Source: an uncultured bacterium
GTDB taxonomy: Bacteria; Patescibacteriota; Minisyncoccia; Phycocordibacterales; UBA9973
Length of the DNA stretch: 64,000 nt
Reading direction: 5' to 3'
NCBI GenBank assembly: GCA_903892035.1
Contig: CAITGV010000001.1
Span: forward strand, 355,310 to 419,309
Shown: positions 20,701 through 30,730 of the stretch, one piece after another
How the letters are laid out: each line of letters begins with the position of its first letter
How positions within the stretch are numbered: the stretch's first letter is position 1
The notes under the pieces: generated by a model
Database searches by the model: none
Told to the model about the DNA's origin: nothing
What the model saw: only the letters and a program-made list of their open reading frames with translations
Translations under genes and position numbers: made by a program

Positions 20701-21223
20701 TTGGCAAAAATTGAAATTGGATAATGACCCAGAAAGTGTTCATCTAACAACTTGGCCACTAGGAAGGACCGTCCTTGCTAGTGATGTGGTTAAAGAAATG
20801 CAAAATACTCGAGATTTAGTTTCGCTTGGACTTCAGGCAAGACAAAAAACTGGAATTCCAGTTCGACAACCTCTACAGAAGTTGAAAGTTAAAAGTATAA
20901 AGTTGAACGAAGATTACATCGAATTAATTAAAGAGGAATTAAACGTAAAAGAAGTTGTAGAAGATATAAAAATAGAAAATACTGTTGAACTCGATACTGA
21001 AATTACTCCAGAACTAAAACGAGAAGGGGACTATCGTGAGCTTGTGCGAGCTGTGCAAGAGCTACGAAAAAATTCTGGACTCACTCCGAGTGACATAATA
21101 GTTCTCACGATGCCTCTAAATACAAAAGAAATTGTCGCAGGTTTTGAAGACGATATGAAAAAAACAGTACTCGCAACTGAAATTCTATTTGAAGGTGAAG
21201 AAATGAAAGTTGTGGTAAAATAG
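17777..21223 (+). CDS. ileS: Isoleucyl-tRNA synthetase (type 2) with inserted histidine-phosphatase domain
   Basis: DGPPFATGLPHYGH, WTTTPW, KMSKS; insert with MRHGES...SPYVR...ISHG. Confidence 0.95.
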   Translation: MEENSDNKSQIAKREEKILAYWQENNTFRKSLEKEAPKGNYVFYDGPPFATGLPHYGHILGSTAKDVIGRYQTMQGFKVPRKWGWDCHGLPIEHIIEKELKISGHKEIEEYGIEKFTEYARSKVLTYVHDWKRTVDRIGRWVDFDNGYKTMDNTFIESVWWALGELNKKSLVYEGVRVLAYCPRCETPIANSEIAMDNSYKDITDISVFVKFPLIEDPNTYLVAWTTTPWSLPGDTALAVNKEIKYIKILHEGAYYVIAKERAPFVPVLKDIALVEGENYEEVNVEDLIGKSYIPPFKYYENTEMPNKENIWKIWHADFVTIDAGTGIAHEAPAFGEEDMDLAKKNNIPFINHVTVDGKFASEVLDFAGEKIKPKEDHQSGDVLIIKYLAKAGTLFAKEKIIHSYPHCYRCETPLFYYALPSWFVNVQKVKNKMLENAKEMNWIPGHLKEGRFQNIMENAPDWNISRNRYWASPLPIWKSESGKLLFVSSVEDLKNKTKKSGNKYFIMRHGESTHNTEGICSSVVDYPHHLTEEGKKIVGENAELLKTKNITTIYCSPYVRTKETAEIVANTIGFDKTKIIYDERIEEFKFGDFNMKPMKEYLKWREKVGNTVNLCPPNGESVVDSRHRFSKFYYDIDEKLTNQNVLVISHGIALEVMEGIDNGYSDEIMWKNWKMNSVAPGHFKEFNFTPLPHNKNFELDLHRPYIDNIVLTDGAEEYHRVPEVMDCWFESGSMPFAQDHYPFDFAQGKPFEGVDWKKLNFPAGFVAEYIAQTRTWFYYSHTLSTMLFDHAPFKNVVTTGTLLASDGQKMSKSKGNYPDPWIIFNKFGVDPLRFYLMSSPLMKGEDTNFMEKSVQDISSKIISRMDNVVAFYELYRDNELENKLVNSKNVLDIWILARLEQCVSEVTAGMEAYDMALASRPFELFIEDLSTWYLRRSRERIKDGDAGAKATLYFVLKTVATIIAPLTPFLAEDIWQKLKLDNDPESVHLTTWPLGRTVLASDVVKEMQNTRDLVSLGLQARQKTGIPVRQPLQKLKVKSIKLNEDYIELIKEELNVKEVVEDIKIENTVELDTEITPELKREGDYRELVRAVQELRKNSGLTPSDIIVLTMPLNTKEIVAGFEDDMKKTVLATEILFEGEEMKVVVK

Positions 21224-21227
21224 ATGG

Positions 21228-21785
21228 ATGAAAAAAGTCTATTTAATTCATGGGTATGGAGGTGAGCCGAATGGCGGATGGCGACCTTGGTTAATGGGTA
21301 AATTAGCAAAAAAAGATATTTGGGCATGTGCACTAGCAATGCCAATGTCAGATGAACCCAAAAAAGATGAATGGATTGCAGAAATGAAACGTGTAATTGG
21401 TAAGCCAAATGAAGATATTTTTTTAGTTGGACATTCGCTTGGTGTTTCTGCAATATTAAATTATTTACAAAGTTTAGATAGTGAAGTTGTTGGCGGTGCT
21501 ATTTTGGTTTCAGGTCCAATTCATGTATTAGGTGATGATAAATATAGAGCAATAGATCATTTCATGAATAAGGATTTTAATTTTGAATATATTAAAAATG
21601 TATGTAAAAATTTTTGTGTTATACACGGAGATAATGATGTCACTGTTCCATTTAGCCATGCCGTAGAATTGTCTAATAATTTAAACTGTCAATTAATTAC
21701 CATTAAAAATGGGGGTCATTTAAATGGTTCTTCTGGTTGGTATGAACTTCCAGAAGCTTATGAAACTATTTTAAAAATGCTGTAA
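21228..21785 (+). CDS. RBBP9/YdeN family alpha/beta hydrolase
   Basis: IHGY, GHSLG, GDND..VP, GGHLN. Confidence 0.88.
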   Translation: MKKVYLIHGYGGEPNGGWRPWLMGKLAKKDIWACALAMPMSDEPKKDEWIAEMKRVIGKPNEDIFLVGHSLGVSAILNYLQSLDSEVVGGAILVSGPIHVLGDDKYRAIDHFMNKDFNFEYIKNVCKNFCVIHGDNDVTVPFSHAVELSNNLNCQLITIKNGGHLNGSSGWYELPEAYETILKML

Positions 21786-21848
21786 TTGCATTTTCCCCTC
21801 TCCTTTCAGGAGAGGGGTGGGGGTGAGGTTTTGTAGTATAATAGGTAG

Positions 21849-22493
21849 ATGAAAATCACAAAATATGGACATTGTTGTTTTGTTGCAGAGCCGAAAGAAG
21901 GTGTATTTATTATGACTGACCCGGGGGCACCTGATTATTCGGGACTAAAAAATTATCCTGAAAATATTTCTGCTATCTTGATTACACACGAACATGCAGA
22001 TCATTTACACATTGAATCACTTCAGGAAATATTGAAAAATAATCCAAATGCAATTGTTATTACAAACAGTGCAGTAGGGAAGTTGCTCGACGAGGCTTCG
22101 ATTAAATATATAAAAGTTGAGGAAGGAGAAAATTATGAATTGATGGGCGTGCAAATTTCAGGTTTTGGAAATAGACATGCTGAAATTTATGATGAATTTG
22201 GGCAAGTGCAAAATACAGGATTTATGATAGACAAACTTTGCTACCCCGGTGATTCTTTTAATTTCCCAGATAAAGAAGTAGATATTTTGGCTTTACCTGT
22301 CGCAGGACCTTGGATGAAAATAAGAGATGCTATCGATTATGCAAAAAAAATAAAACCACGAATTGTTTTTCCTGTGCATGATGCAATGTTAAAAGATTTT
22401 GCAACATTCTTGTACACAATACCAGCTTATTTTTTAAAGAGTGATGATATTGTATTTAAAAAGTTAGAAATTGGAAAAGAAGAAATTTTGTAA
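21849..22493 (+). CDS. MBL-fold metallo-hydrolase
   Basis: THEHADH, YPGDS, PVHD. Confidence 0.9.
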   Translation: MKITKYGHCCFVAEPKEGVFIMTDPGAPDYSGLKNYPENISAILITHEHADHLHIESLQEILKNNPNAIVITNSAVGKLLDEASIKYIKVEEGENYELMGVQISGFGNRHAEIYDEFGQVQNTGFMIDKLCYPGDSFNFPDKEVDILALPVAGPWMKIRDAIDYAKKIKPRIVFPVHDAMLKDFATFLYTIPAYFLKSDDIVFKKLEIGKEEIL

Positions 22494-23080
22494 TGTCACA
22501 TCATATTTACCATACGAATGCCATAATAATTGGAAGTAAACCTCAAGGTGAGGCAAATAAAATTTTAAGTATTTATACCCGAGAGCTTGGACTCGTGAAT
22601 GCTACCGTGCAAGGTATACGATACGAAAAATCAAAATTACGTTTTGCTCTGCAAGATTTTTCTCTTGCACAAGTGGACCTAGTGCGAGGTAGGGAAGTTT
22701 GGCGAGTTACTTCAGCTACTACTCAAAACCTCTTTCCATTTATAAGAAAAGATAGTGAAGCACTTTTAATTTTTGCACGTTTGGCAAAATTAATTGAAAG
22801 ACTTATGCCAGGTGAGACAGCTCATGAGAAAATTTTTGATGATATTTTGCAAGGATTAAGTTTGCTTGATAATGAAATAGTAGAAAAAGAAACGATAGAG
22901 GCAATAGAACTCTACCTCGTATTGCGTATTGTATATGAACTTGGTTATGTTGGTGATAGTGAAATAATCAATGAACATCTTGGTGGTAATTTTGATCCAA
23001 ATAATGCAAGTGTTCTACTTTCAAAAAAACGTTCAATAGTGCTTGCCATAAACACTGCACTAAGTGAAAGTCACTTGTAG
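22493..23080 (+). CDS. recO: DNA repair protein RecO
   Basis: GEANKILSIYTRELG...GIRYEKSKLR OB-fold N-terminus. Confidence 0.85.
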   Translation: MSHHIYHTNAIIIGSKPQGEANKILSIYTRELGLVNATVQGIRYEKSKLRFALQDFSLAQVDLVRGREVWRVTSATTQNLFPFIRKDSEALLIFARLAKLIERLMPGETAHEKIFDDILQGLSLLDNEIVEKETIEAIELYLVLRIVYELGYVGDSEIINEHLGGNFDPNNASVLLSKKRSIVLAINTALSESHL

Positions 23081-23099
23081 TTATGGTATAATTATTACC

Positions 23100-25019
23100 A
23101 TGTTGGAGGATGGAGATAAATTAAATAAAATCGAAGACTTAAATAGACGTCTATATGCAAAAAACCAAGACGTTATAAAAAAACGTCGCATAGGTGTATT
23201 GCACCAAGTTAGTCACGATGTAAATTCAAATTTTTCAGAACAAAAAATAGAAGAAATGCCAAAAAAACAAAAAATTTTAAATAATACATCAATGTTTAAA
23301 AAGTTTTTTATTTCGTCACTTGTATTTTTTGGTGTAGCAATACTTTTTGCATTGTTAATGTTTTTTAGAGGTGGCAATACAGTTTCAAATCAAAATATTG
23401 AAATAAACATTTTAGGAAATTCATTTACAGCAGGGGGTGAAGACTTGCCACTTCAGGTTGAAATTGTAAATAAAAATTCCGTTGCACTTCAGTACGCAGA
23501 TTTGTTGATTACTTATCCAAAAAATTCTGCAAGTAGCGCAGAGGACGTTGTACGCGTAAGGCAGTCTGTGGGTGATATTCCCGCTGGGGGTTCTGCACAT
23601 CAAGACGCAAAAGTTGTACTTTTTGGCGAGCAAGGTTCTACAAAAACTATCACTGCAACTCTTGAGTATCGTATTTCCGGATCAAATGCAGTCTTTGTTA
23701 CAGACAAGACCTACGATGTAAGTATAAATTCTTCCCCAGTCGCGCTCACTGTCGACTCACCAAGCGAACTTGTAGCAAACCAGCCAATTACATTTAAAAT
23801 TAAAGCAATATTAAATACAACAAGACCTGCAGATAAAATGTTGATGTCTGTGGACTACCCGCCAGGTTTTCAATTTACTTCAGCAGATCCAAAGCCTTCG
23901 TATGGAAATAATGTTTGGACACTAGGTGACCTAGTACAAGGATTAGAAAAGGATGTCACAGTTACAGGCACGATGTATGCTTCTGCAAAAGAGCAAAAAT
24001 CATTTCATGTATATATAGGAACAGAAGACACAAATGATCAAACAAAAATTGGCATTGTGTACAATTCTCTTCTAAATACGATTACAATGAGCGAGCCATT
24101 TCTCGACGCTAGGCTTTTGATAAATGGACAAGATAAAACAGAATTTACTGCTGATAATACTCGCAAAATTTCTGGTGAAATCCGCTGGGCAAACAATTTG
24201 CCGACACGTATTACTGATGCAGAAATTCATTTGAAGTTTTCTGGAAATGCATTTACTGAAAGTGGCCTAGATCCACGCGGAGGTTTTTATAATTCCATGA
24301 CAAAAGAAATTGTTTGGGATAAAAATAGTGTTTCGCAATTTGCTGCACTTGAGCCAGGACAAAGTGGTTCGCTTACATTTTTATTCAATTCTTCTTCACT
24401 TGTAAGTCAAGGGACGACAATCGATTCACCTCAAATAGTTTTATCTGTTTCCGTTAAAGGCAAAGAGCCTACCACTGGCACCGATGTAAAAGAAATTACA
24501 AGTTCTGATCAAAAAGTTGTAAAAATAAATTCTAATTTTCAACTTGCAGCAAAAGGTTTATATTATTCTGGAGCTTTTCAAAATACAGGTTCTATTCCAC
24601 CAAAAGCTGAAAATGAAACTACATATACTATAGTCTGGGATATTACAAATTCTGCGAACTCAGTGACAGACGGCGAAGCACGTGCGACACTTCCACCATA
24701 TGTGACTTGGAAAAATAAAATTTCACCAACCACAGAAGATCTTTCATACAATACATCTACAAATGAAGTTGTATGGAAAATAGGTTCTGTTTCAAAAGGC
24801 GTAGGATTTTCAAGTGCAGGACGGGAAGTTTCTTTTCAAGTAAGCATTACTCCTTCTACGAGCCAAATCGGTTCGATACCAATGCTTGTTTCAAATATTG
24901 CTCTCACTGGAACCGATACTTATACAACTAGTACTATTTCGGATAGTTATCCATCGCTAAATACTAGTCTATTAAATGATCCAAATTTCCCAATTGGGGG
25001 AGACAGGGTTGTGCAGTAG
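23100..25019 (+). CDS. Membrane-anchored beta-sandwich (Ig-like repeat) protein
   Basis: One TM segment followed by repeated Ig-like modules (W.LGDL..G). Confidence 0.7.
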   Translation: MLEDGDKLNKIEDLNRRLYAKNQDVIKKRRIGVLHQVSHDVNSNFSEQKIEEMPKKQKILNNTSMFKKFFISSLVFFGVAILFALLMFFRGGNTVSNQNIEINILGNSFTAGGEDLPLQVEIVNKNSVALQYADLLITYPKNSASSAEDVVRVRQSVGDIPAGGSAHQDAKVVLFGEQGSTKTITATLEYRISGSNAVFVTDKTYDVSINSSPVALTVDSPSELVANQPITFKIKAILNTTRPADKMLMSVDYPPGFQFTSADPKPSYGNNVWTLGDLVQGLEKDVTVTGTMYASAKEQKSFHVYIGTEDTNDQTKIGIVYNSLLNTITMSEPFLDARLLINGQDKTEFTADNTRKISGEIRWANNLPTRITDAEIHLKFSGNAFTESGLDPRGGFYNSMTKEIVWDKNSVSQFAALEPGQSGSLTFLFNSSSLVSQGTTIDSPQIVLSVSVKGKEPTTGTDVKEITSSDQKVVKINSNFQLAAKGLYYSGAFQNTGSIPPKAENETTYTIVWDITNSANSVTDGEARATLPPYVTWKNKISPTTEDLSYNTSTNEVVWKIGSVSKGVGFSSAGREVSFQVSITPSTSQIGSIPMLVSNIALTGTDTYTTSTISDSYPSLNTSLLNDPNFPIGGDRVVQ

Positions 25020-25051
25020 CGAATTTCTCTATAAGAGTGTAGTATAGAAAT

Positions 25052-26359
25052 ATGGCTCAAAATGAACAAAATAATGATTTAATGGAGAAAATAGTTTCGC
25101 TTTGTAAGCGTCGTGGTTTCATATACCAGGGTTCAGAAATATATGGGGGATTGGCGGGGACTTTTGACTATGCTCATTACGGTTTGGCTTTGAAAAATAA
25201 CATAAAAAATTCTTGGTGGAAAAAGTTTGTTGATAGTAGAAGAGACATGTATGGTATCGATGCTTCGATAATTATGAATAGTAAAGTTTGGGAAGCATCA
25301 GGACACGTTGCAGGATTTTCTGATCCACTTGTGGAATGTACAAAATGCAAACGCCGTTTTCGTGAAGATACACTTAAAGAAAAAGGTAAATGTGATGATT
25401 GTGGTTCACCTGTTGGCATGCCACGACAATTCAATATGATGTTTGCTACGCAAATTGGAGCTATGGAAGACTCTTCGACTACAGTATATTTGCGACCAGA
25501 AACTGCACAAGGAATATTTGTAAATTTCAAAAATACAGTCGATTCTTTTCATCCAAAACTTCCTTTCGGTATAGCACAAATTGGTAAAGCTTTTCGAAAT
25601 GAAATTACTCCACGTGATTTTATTTTTCGTGTACGTGAATTTGAACAAATGGAAATTGAATATTTTGTCAGAGAAAATGATTGGCATAAATATTTTGAAT
25701 ATTTCAAAGATGAAATGCTTGAATGGATGGAATCTGTCGGTATCGATATGAATAAAGTACACGAACTTGAAGTTGAAATAGGGGATTTGGCTCACTATTC
25801 AAAGAGAACTATGGATTTTGAATTTGAATATCCTTTTGGTAAAAAAGAACTTTTTGGCCTTGCATATAGACAAGACTTTGATTTAAAAAATCATGGCCTT
25901 GAATATCAAGATGAGGAAAATGGTGGAAAACTCACACCGCATGTTATTGAGCCAACTTTTGGAGTAGATCGAGCGGTTCTCGCTGTACTTTTGTCTGCGT
26001 ACAATGAAGAAGATCCCGAAAGACCATTTCTAAAACTTAAACCAAACATTGCTCCTGTGATTTGTGCTGTGTCTCCACTTTTGAAAAATAAACCTGAGCT
26101 TGTTGAAAAAGCTGAGATGGTTTTTGGAATGTTAAAAGCAGAGTTTGGACGTGTCGCATACGATGACAATGGAAACATCGGTAAGCGCTACCGTCGCCAA
26201 GACGAAATTGGTACACCATATTGTATAGTTGTAGACTTTGATACTCTAGGAGAGAATCCAGATCTACTCGATACTGTTACAATCCGCGACCGAGACACTG
26301 GCAACCAAGAACGTGTAAAAATTTCAGATTTGATTTCAAAAATTAAGGAACAGATGTAA
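25052..26359 (+). CDS. glyQS: Glycyl-tRNA synthetase (alpha2 type)
   Basis: LRPETAQG, FRNEITPR, HVIEP, RYRRQDEIGTP. Confidence 0.96.
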   Translation: MAQNEQNNDLMEKIVSLCKRRGFIYQGSEIYGGLAGTFDYAHYGLALKNNIKNSWWKKFVDSRRDMYGIDASIIMNSKVWEASGHVAGFSDPLVECTKCKRRFREDTLKEKGKCDDCGSPVGMPRQFNMMFATQIGAMEDSSTTVYLRPETAQGIFVNFKNTVDSFHPKLPFGIAQIGKAFRNEITPRDFIFRVREFEQMEIEYFVRENDWHKYFEYFKDEMLEWMESVGIDMNKVHELEVEIGDLAHYSKRTMDFEFEYPFGKKELFGLAYRQDFDLKNHGLEYQDEENGGKLTPHVIEPTFGVDRAVLAVLLSAYNEEDPERPFLKLKPNIAPVICAVSPLLKNKPELVEKAEMVFGMLKAEFGRVAYDDNGNIGKRYRRQDEIGTPYCIVVDFDTLGENPDLLDTVTIRDRDTGNQERVKISDLISKIKEQM

Positions 26360-26360
26360 T

Positions 26361-26792
26361 ATGAAAAAAGGAATTGATTATATTGCAGTTGGAGTTTCTT
26401 ATTTTTGTCATGATGGAAATGGTAAGTATTTGATGAACAAAAGAAGTACAAACTGTCGTGATGAGCATGGCAGGTGGGACATTGGTGGAGGGGGTATCGA
26501 TTTTGATGACACCATAGAAGAAACCTTACGCAAAGAACTAAAAGAAGAATACTGCGTGGAGAACATTGAATATGAATTTCTCGGGCATAAAGATGTTTTT
26601 CGAGAACAGGATGGTAGTAAAACACATTGGATACAATTTTTCTTTAGAGTAAAAGTTGACCCAAAAGAAGTGAAAAATGGTGAACCCCATAAGTTTGATG
26701 AAATAGGGTGGTTTAGTTTAGATAATTTACCTACACCCCTCCACTCTCAAATACTGGCTCAAGTTGATTTATTTAAAGACAAACTAAAATAA
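26361..26792 (+). CDS. NUDIX hydrolase
   Basis: GGG...EETLRKELKEE, NGEPHK. Confidence 0.88.
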   Translation: MKKGIDYIAVGVSYFCHDGNGKYLMNKRSTNCRDEHGRWDIGGGGIDFDDTIEETLRKELKEEYCVENIEYEFLGHKDVFREQDGSKTHWIQFFFRVKVDPKEVKNGEPHKFDEIGWFSLDNLPTPLHSQILAQVDLFKDKLK

Positions 26793-26793
26793 T

Positions 26794-28062
26794 ATGAAAT
26801 ATACAAAAACAATATTAAAAAATGGACTGAGGGTGATTACGGTTCCAATGAAGGATAACCCGACAGTGACAGTACTAGTGCTTGTAGAAACAGGAAGTAA
26901 ATATGAGACAAAAGAAAAAAATGGTATTTCTCACTTTTTGGAACATATGTGTTTCAAAGGTACGACAAAGCGCCCAAGTGCGCAGGCGATATCTAGTGAG
27001 CTTGATGGACTAGGAAGTAGTTACAATGCTTTCACAAGTCAGGAATATACAGGGTACTATGCAAAAAGTAGCGCAAATCATTTCAAGAAAATTTTTGATG
27101 TTGTTTCTGATGTATATTTAAATTCAACATTTCCTGCAACTGAAATAGAAAAAGAAAAAGGCGTGATAGTGGAAGAAATAAATATGTATGAAGATATGCC
27201 ACACCGTCACGTGCATGATTTATTTACTTCACTACTTTATGGTGATACTCCAGCAGGGTGGAATATTGCAGGAACAAGGGAAAATGTAAGAGCAATGACT
27301 CGGGAAGATTTTGTGTCGTATCACACAAATAATTATGTACCAAAAGCTACAACTGTAATCATTGCAGGGAAGGTGAGTGAAAAAGAAGCTTTAGCTGAAG
27401 CTAAAAAAGTTTTTGATAAATTACCAAATAAAAAGAAAAATAAAAAAATTAAAACAGTAGAAAAACAAAACAAACCTGAGGTTCTTGTAAGTTATAAAAA
27501 AACTGATCAGACACATTTGGTATTAGGTTTTCGCACTACAGATTTATATGATAAAAGAAATTCTGCTCTCACAGTACTGTCGACAATACTTGCTGGTGGA
27601 ATGAGCTCAAGACTTTTCATTAAATTACGTGAAGATCTCGGTGTTGCGTATTATGTGCGTGCTTCAAACGATACTTCTACGGATTCTGGTTTTCTTTCAA
27701 TTTCTGCCGGTGTATCAAATGACAGGGTAGAAGAAGTAATCAAAGAAATTTTGCTTGAGTGTAAACGTTTGACTACAGAACTTGTGGGGAAAAATGAATT
27801 GGAAAAAGTTAAAGAATATCTAATAGGAAATATGAAACTTGAACTCGAGTCTTCAGATGCTTGGGCAAGCTATTTCGGAGGGCAAGATATAGTACATAAA
27901 AAAATCCAAAAACCTGAGGAAATTGAAGCTAAAATAAGAAAAGTTACAGCAAAGGAAGTACAAAAAATTGCTAAGAGTTTCTTTGTAAATCAAGGATTAA
28001 ATCTCTGCCTTATAGGACCATTTGAGAAAAAAGAGAATTTCATAAAAATTTTAAAAGTGTAA
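26794..28062 (+). CDS. M16 (pitrilysin-like) peptidase
   Basis: HFLEHMCFKGT, SSRLF..LRE. Confidence 0.92.
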   Translation: MKYTKTILKNGLRVITVPMKDNPTVTVLVLVETGSKYETKEKNGISHFLEHMCFKGTTKRPSAQAISSELDGLGSSYNAFTSQEYTGYYAKSSANHFKKIFDVVSDVYLNSTFPATEIEKEKGVIVEEINMYEDMPHRHVHDLFTSLLYGDTPAGWNIAGTRENVRAMTREDFVSYHTNNYVPKATTVIIAGKVSEKEALAEAKKVFDKLPNKKKNKKIKTVEKQNKPEVLVSYKKTDQTHLVLGFRTTDLYDKRNSALTVLSTILAGGMSSRLFIKLREDLGVAYYVRASNDTSTDSGFLSISAGVSNDRVEEVIKEILLECKRLTTELVGKNELEKVKEYLIGNMKLELESSDAWASYFGGQDIVHKKIQKPEEIEAKIRKVTAKEVQKIAKSFFVNQGLNLCLIGPFEKKENFIKILKV

Positions 28063-28100
28063 TTTTGTGCAACTGGGCATAAAAGTGTTATTATTGGCAT

Positions 28101-29165
28101 ATGGCAGAAAATAAGCATACTACTGTTTCAATTAGCTCCGGAAGTATAGTGAGAGTAATACTATTTGGTATTTTGCTTTTTTTATTGTACTACCTTAGAA
28201 GTTTATTGCTTGTTTTACTTACCTCTGTCGTCCTCGCATCTTTTGTAAATGCGGCAGTTGAGAAAATTCATAAATATTTTAAATATCGAACTCTAGTTGT
28301 TGTTTTAATTTATCTTTTAACATTGGGAATTTTGACTGGTTTCTTTTATTTAGTCATACCAATTTTTATTGAAGAGATTTCAAATCTTATTTCTCTTTTG
28401 ATTCAATACGTCCCAGCAAGTCAGCTTCACAAGCTCGATGGGACTGCAATAGGGAATGCCACAAATGCAGTAAGCACACTTTCAAAATCTGGTGCACTTA
28501 CTCAAATATTTTCAAGTACAAAAAATTTCTTCACTGCTGTTTCTGGTGGACTTTTCCAATCCCTTTCAGTTGCTTTTGGGGGCATAATAAACTTTATGCT
28601 AACTATGATAATCTCATTTTATCTTTCTATAAACAGAAGTGGTCTTGAAGATTTCTTACGAATTATTACACCAGATGCAAAAGAAGATTATATTATTTCT
28701 TTATGGCAAAGAATTGAAAGAAAAATTGCTCTATGGGTAAAGGGCCAGCTTCTTTTGGGTCTTATGGTTGGAGTATTAATATATTTTGGACTTTTGATTT
28801 TAGGAATTCAATATGCTGTTATACTTGCTTTGACTGCGGCATTTTTTGAACTTTTCCCACTAGGTTTGATACTTGCTGTGGTCCCAGCACTTGCTTTCGC
28901 TTATGTAAATGGTGGTTTTACTTCAGTACTAACTGTGGGAGTATTTTATTTTGTCGTTCAACAATTTGAGGCATATTTTATTCAACCACTCGTGGTAAAA
29001 AGAATCGTTGGAGTTTCTCCTCTTGTTGTTATTCTTTCAGTATTGATCGGTGCTGAGGTTGCTGGTTTCTGGGGACTGATTCTTGCTGTGCCAATTGCTA
29101 TCGGAGTACTTGAGTTTACTGGAGATATTGAAAAGAAAAAAATATTTGCTAAAAATGCAAACTAG
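28101..29165 (+). CDS. AI-2E family transporter
   Basis: Multi-TM; QQFE...P, GFWGLILAVP. Confidence 0.88.
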   Translation: MAENKHTTVSISSGSIVRVILFGILLFLLYYLRSLLLVLLTSVVLASFVNAAVEKIHKYFKYRTLVVVLIYLLTLGILTGFFYLVIPIFIEEISNLISLLIQYVPASQLHKLDGTAIGNATNAVSTLSKSGALTQIFSSTKNFFTAVSGGLFQSLSVAFGGIINFMLTMIISFYLSINRSGLEDFLRIITPDAKEDYIISLWQRIERKIALWVKGQLLLGLMVGVLIYFGLLILGIQYAVILALTAAFFELFPLGLILAVVPALAFAYVNGGFTSVLTVGVFYFVVQQFEAYFIQPLVVKRIVGVSPLVVILSVLIGAEVAGFWGLILAVPIAIGVLEFTGDIEKKKIFAKNAN

Positions 29166-29170
29166 TATTT

Positions 29171-30730
29171 ATGGATAAAAATTTTTATATTACGACCACA
29201 CTCCCATACGTGAACTCATCACCACATATTGGTTTTGCGATGGAGATTATTCGCGCTGATGTATTTGCTAGGCATATGGAGTCTTTAGGCTATTCTGTAT
29301 TTTTCAATACTGGTACAGATGAACACGGTCAAAAGATTTGGACAAAGGCACAAGAAGAGGGGAAAGATACTCAAGGATATGTCGATGAATTTGCAGAAAA
29401 ATTTAAAAATTTAAAAGATTTACTAGATATTTCACCCAATATTCATTTTACTCGCACTACTGACAAACATCATATCTCGTCGGCTCAGGCTTTTTGGAAA
29501 ATTGTTGAGAAAAATGGTTATATTTATAAAAAAAATTATCAGACAAAATATTGTGTTGGCTGCGAATTGGAGAAAACTGACTCCGAACTTGTAAATGGCG
29601 AGTGCCCAGTACACCCGGGCAAACCTGTAGAATTGCGCGATGAAGAAAATTATTTCTTTAAATTTTCTGCTTTTCAAGAAAAACTTTTAGCATACTACAA
29701 TGCAAATCCAGATTTTGTTGTACCAAGTTTTCGTTTTAATGAAATTCGAAGTTTCGTAGAGCGAGGACTTGAAGATTTTTCAATTTCTAGACTTGCAGAA
29801 AAAATGTCTTGGGGTACACCAGTTCCGCACGATGAAGAACACGTGATGTATGTTTGGTTTGATGCTTTGGTAAATTATATTTCATGTTTAGGTTGGCCAA
29901 AAAATATTGAAGACTTTGAAAAATATTGGGTAAATGGCACACCGACACAGTATTGCGGGAAGGATAATTTACGTCAGCAATCTGCAATGTGGCAAGCGAT
30001 GCTTTTGGCTGCCGAGCTTCCAATGTCGAAAAGAATAATTGTAAATGGTTTTATAAATGTGGGTGGACAAAAAATGTCAAAAAGTATTGGTAATATTGTA
30101 AATCCATATGATGTAGTGGCAGAGTATGGAAAAGAAGCACTACGATATTACGTAACACGTGAGCTCAATACTTTTGAGGATAGTGACTATACTGCAGAAA
30201 AATTTAAAGAAAGTTACAATGCGGGGCTTGCAAATGGTTTAGGTAATTTGGTTTCTCGGGTTTTAAAAATGTCTACTACATATTTTAATGGGGAAGTTGC
30301 AGAGATTGTTCCTGGGGGATTACCCATGAAAAATACTTTTCCTGAAGCTGGTGGAAGTGTTGAGATTGAAGGTTGGCCACTTTCATATTATATAGAACAA
30401 AATATTACACCAAAATATAATAAAGGTTTTGAAACTTTTGATTTAAGAGAATCAATGGATGCAGTTTGGGATTTAGTAGCTACGCTCGATAAATACGTGA
30501 CCGATTATGAGCCATATAAACTTATAAAAATTGATGCAGAAAAAACAAAAGCTGTGATTTGGACCCTGCTTTATGGCATTTCAGAAATTTCAAAAATGCT
30601 TACACCATTTATGCCAGAAACTTCTGATAAAATAAAAAATCTCCTCGGTGCAACTTACGAAAATAATGGTGAAAGTATTTCATTTAAAACTGGAGTACTC
30701 GAGAAGCCATTGTTTATGAGGAAAGATTAA
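29171..30730 (+). CDS. metG: Methionyl-tRNA synthetase
   Basis: PYVNSSPHIG, YVWFDAL, KMSKS. Confidence 0.96.
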   Translation: MDKNFYITTTLPYVNSSPHIGFAMEIIRADVFARHMESLGYSVFFNTGTDEHGQKIWTKAQEEGKDTQGYVDEFAEKFKNLKDLLDISPNIHFTRTTDKHHISSAQAFWKIVEKNGYIYKKNYQTKYCVGCELEKTDSELVNGECPVHPGKPVELRDEENYFFKFSAFQEKLLAYYNANPDFVVPSFRFNEIRSFVERGLEDFSISRLAEKMSWGTPVPHDEEHVMYVWFDALVNYISCLGWPKNIEDFEKYWVNGTPTQYCGKDNLRQQSAMWQAMLLAAELPMSKRIIVNGFINVGGQKMSKSIGNIVNPYDVVAEYGKEALRYYVTRELNTFEDSDYTAEKFKESYNAGLANGLGNLVSRVLKMSTTYFNGEVAEIVPGGLPMKNTFPEAGGSVEIEGWPLSYYIEQNITPKYNKGFETFDLRESMDAVWDLVATLDKYVTDYEPYKLIKIDAEKTKAVIWTLLYGISEISKMLTPFMPETSDKIKNLLGATYENNGESISFKTGVLEKPLFMRKD

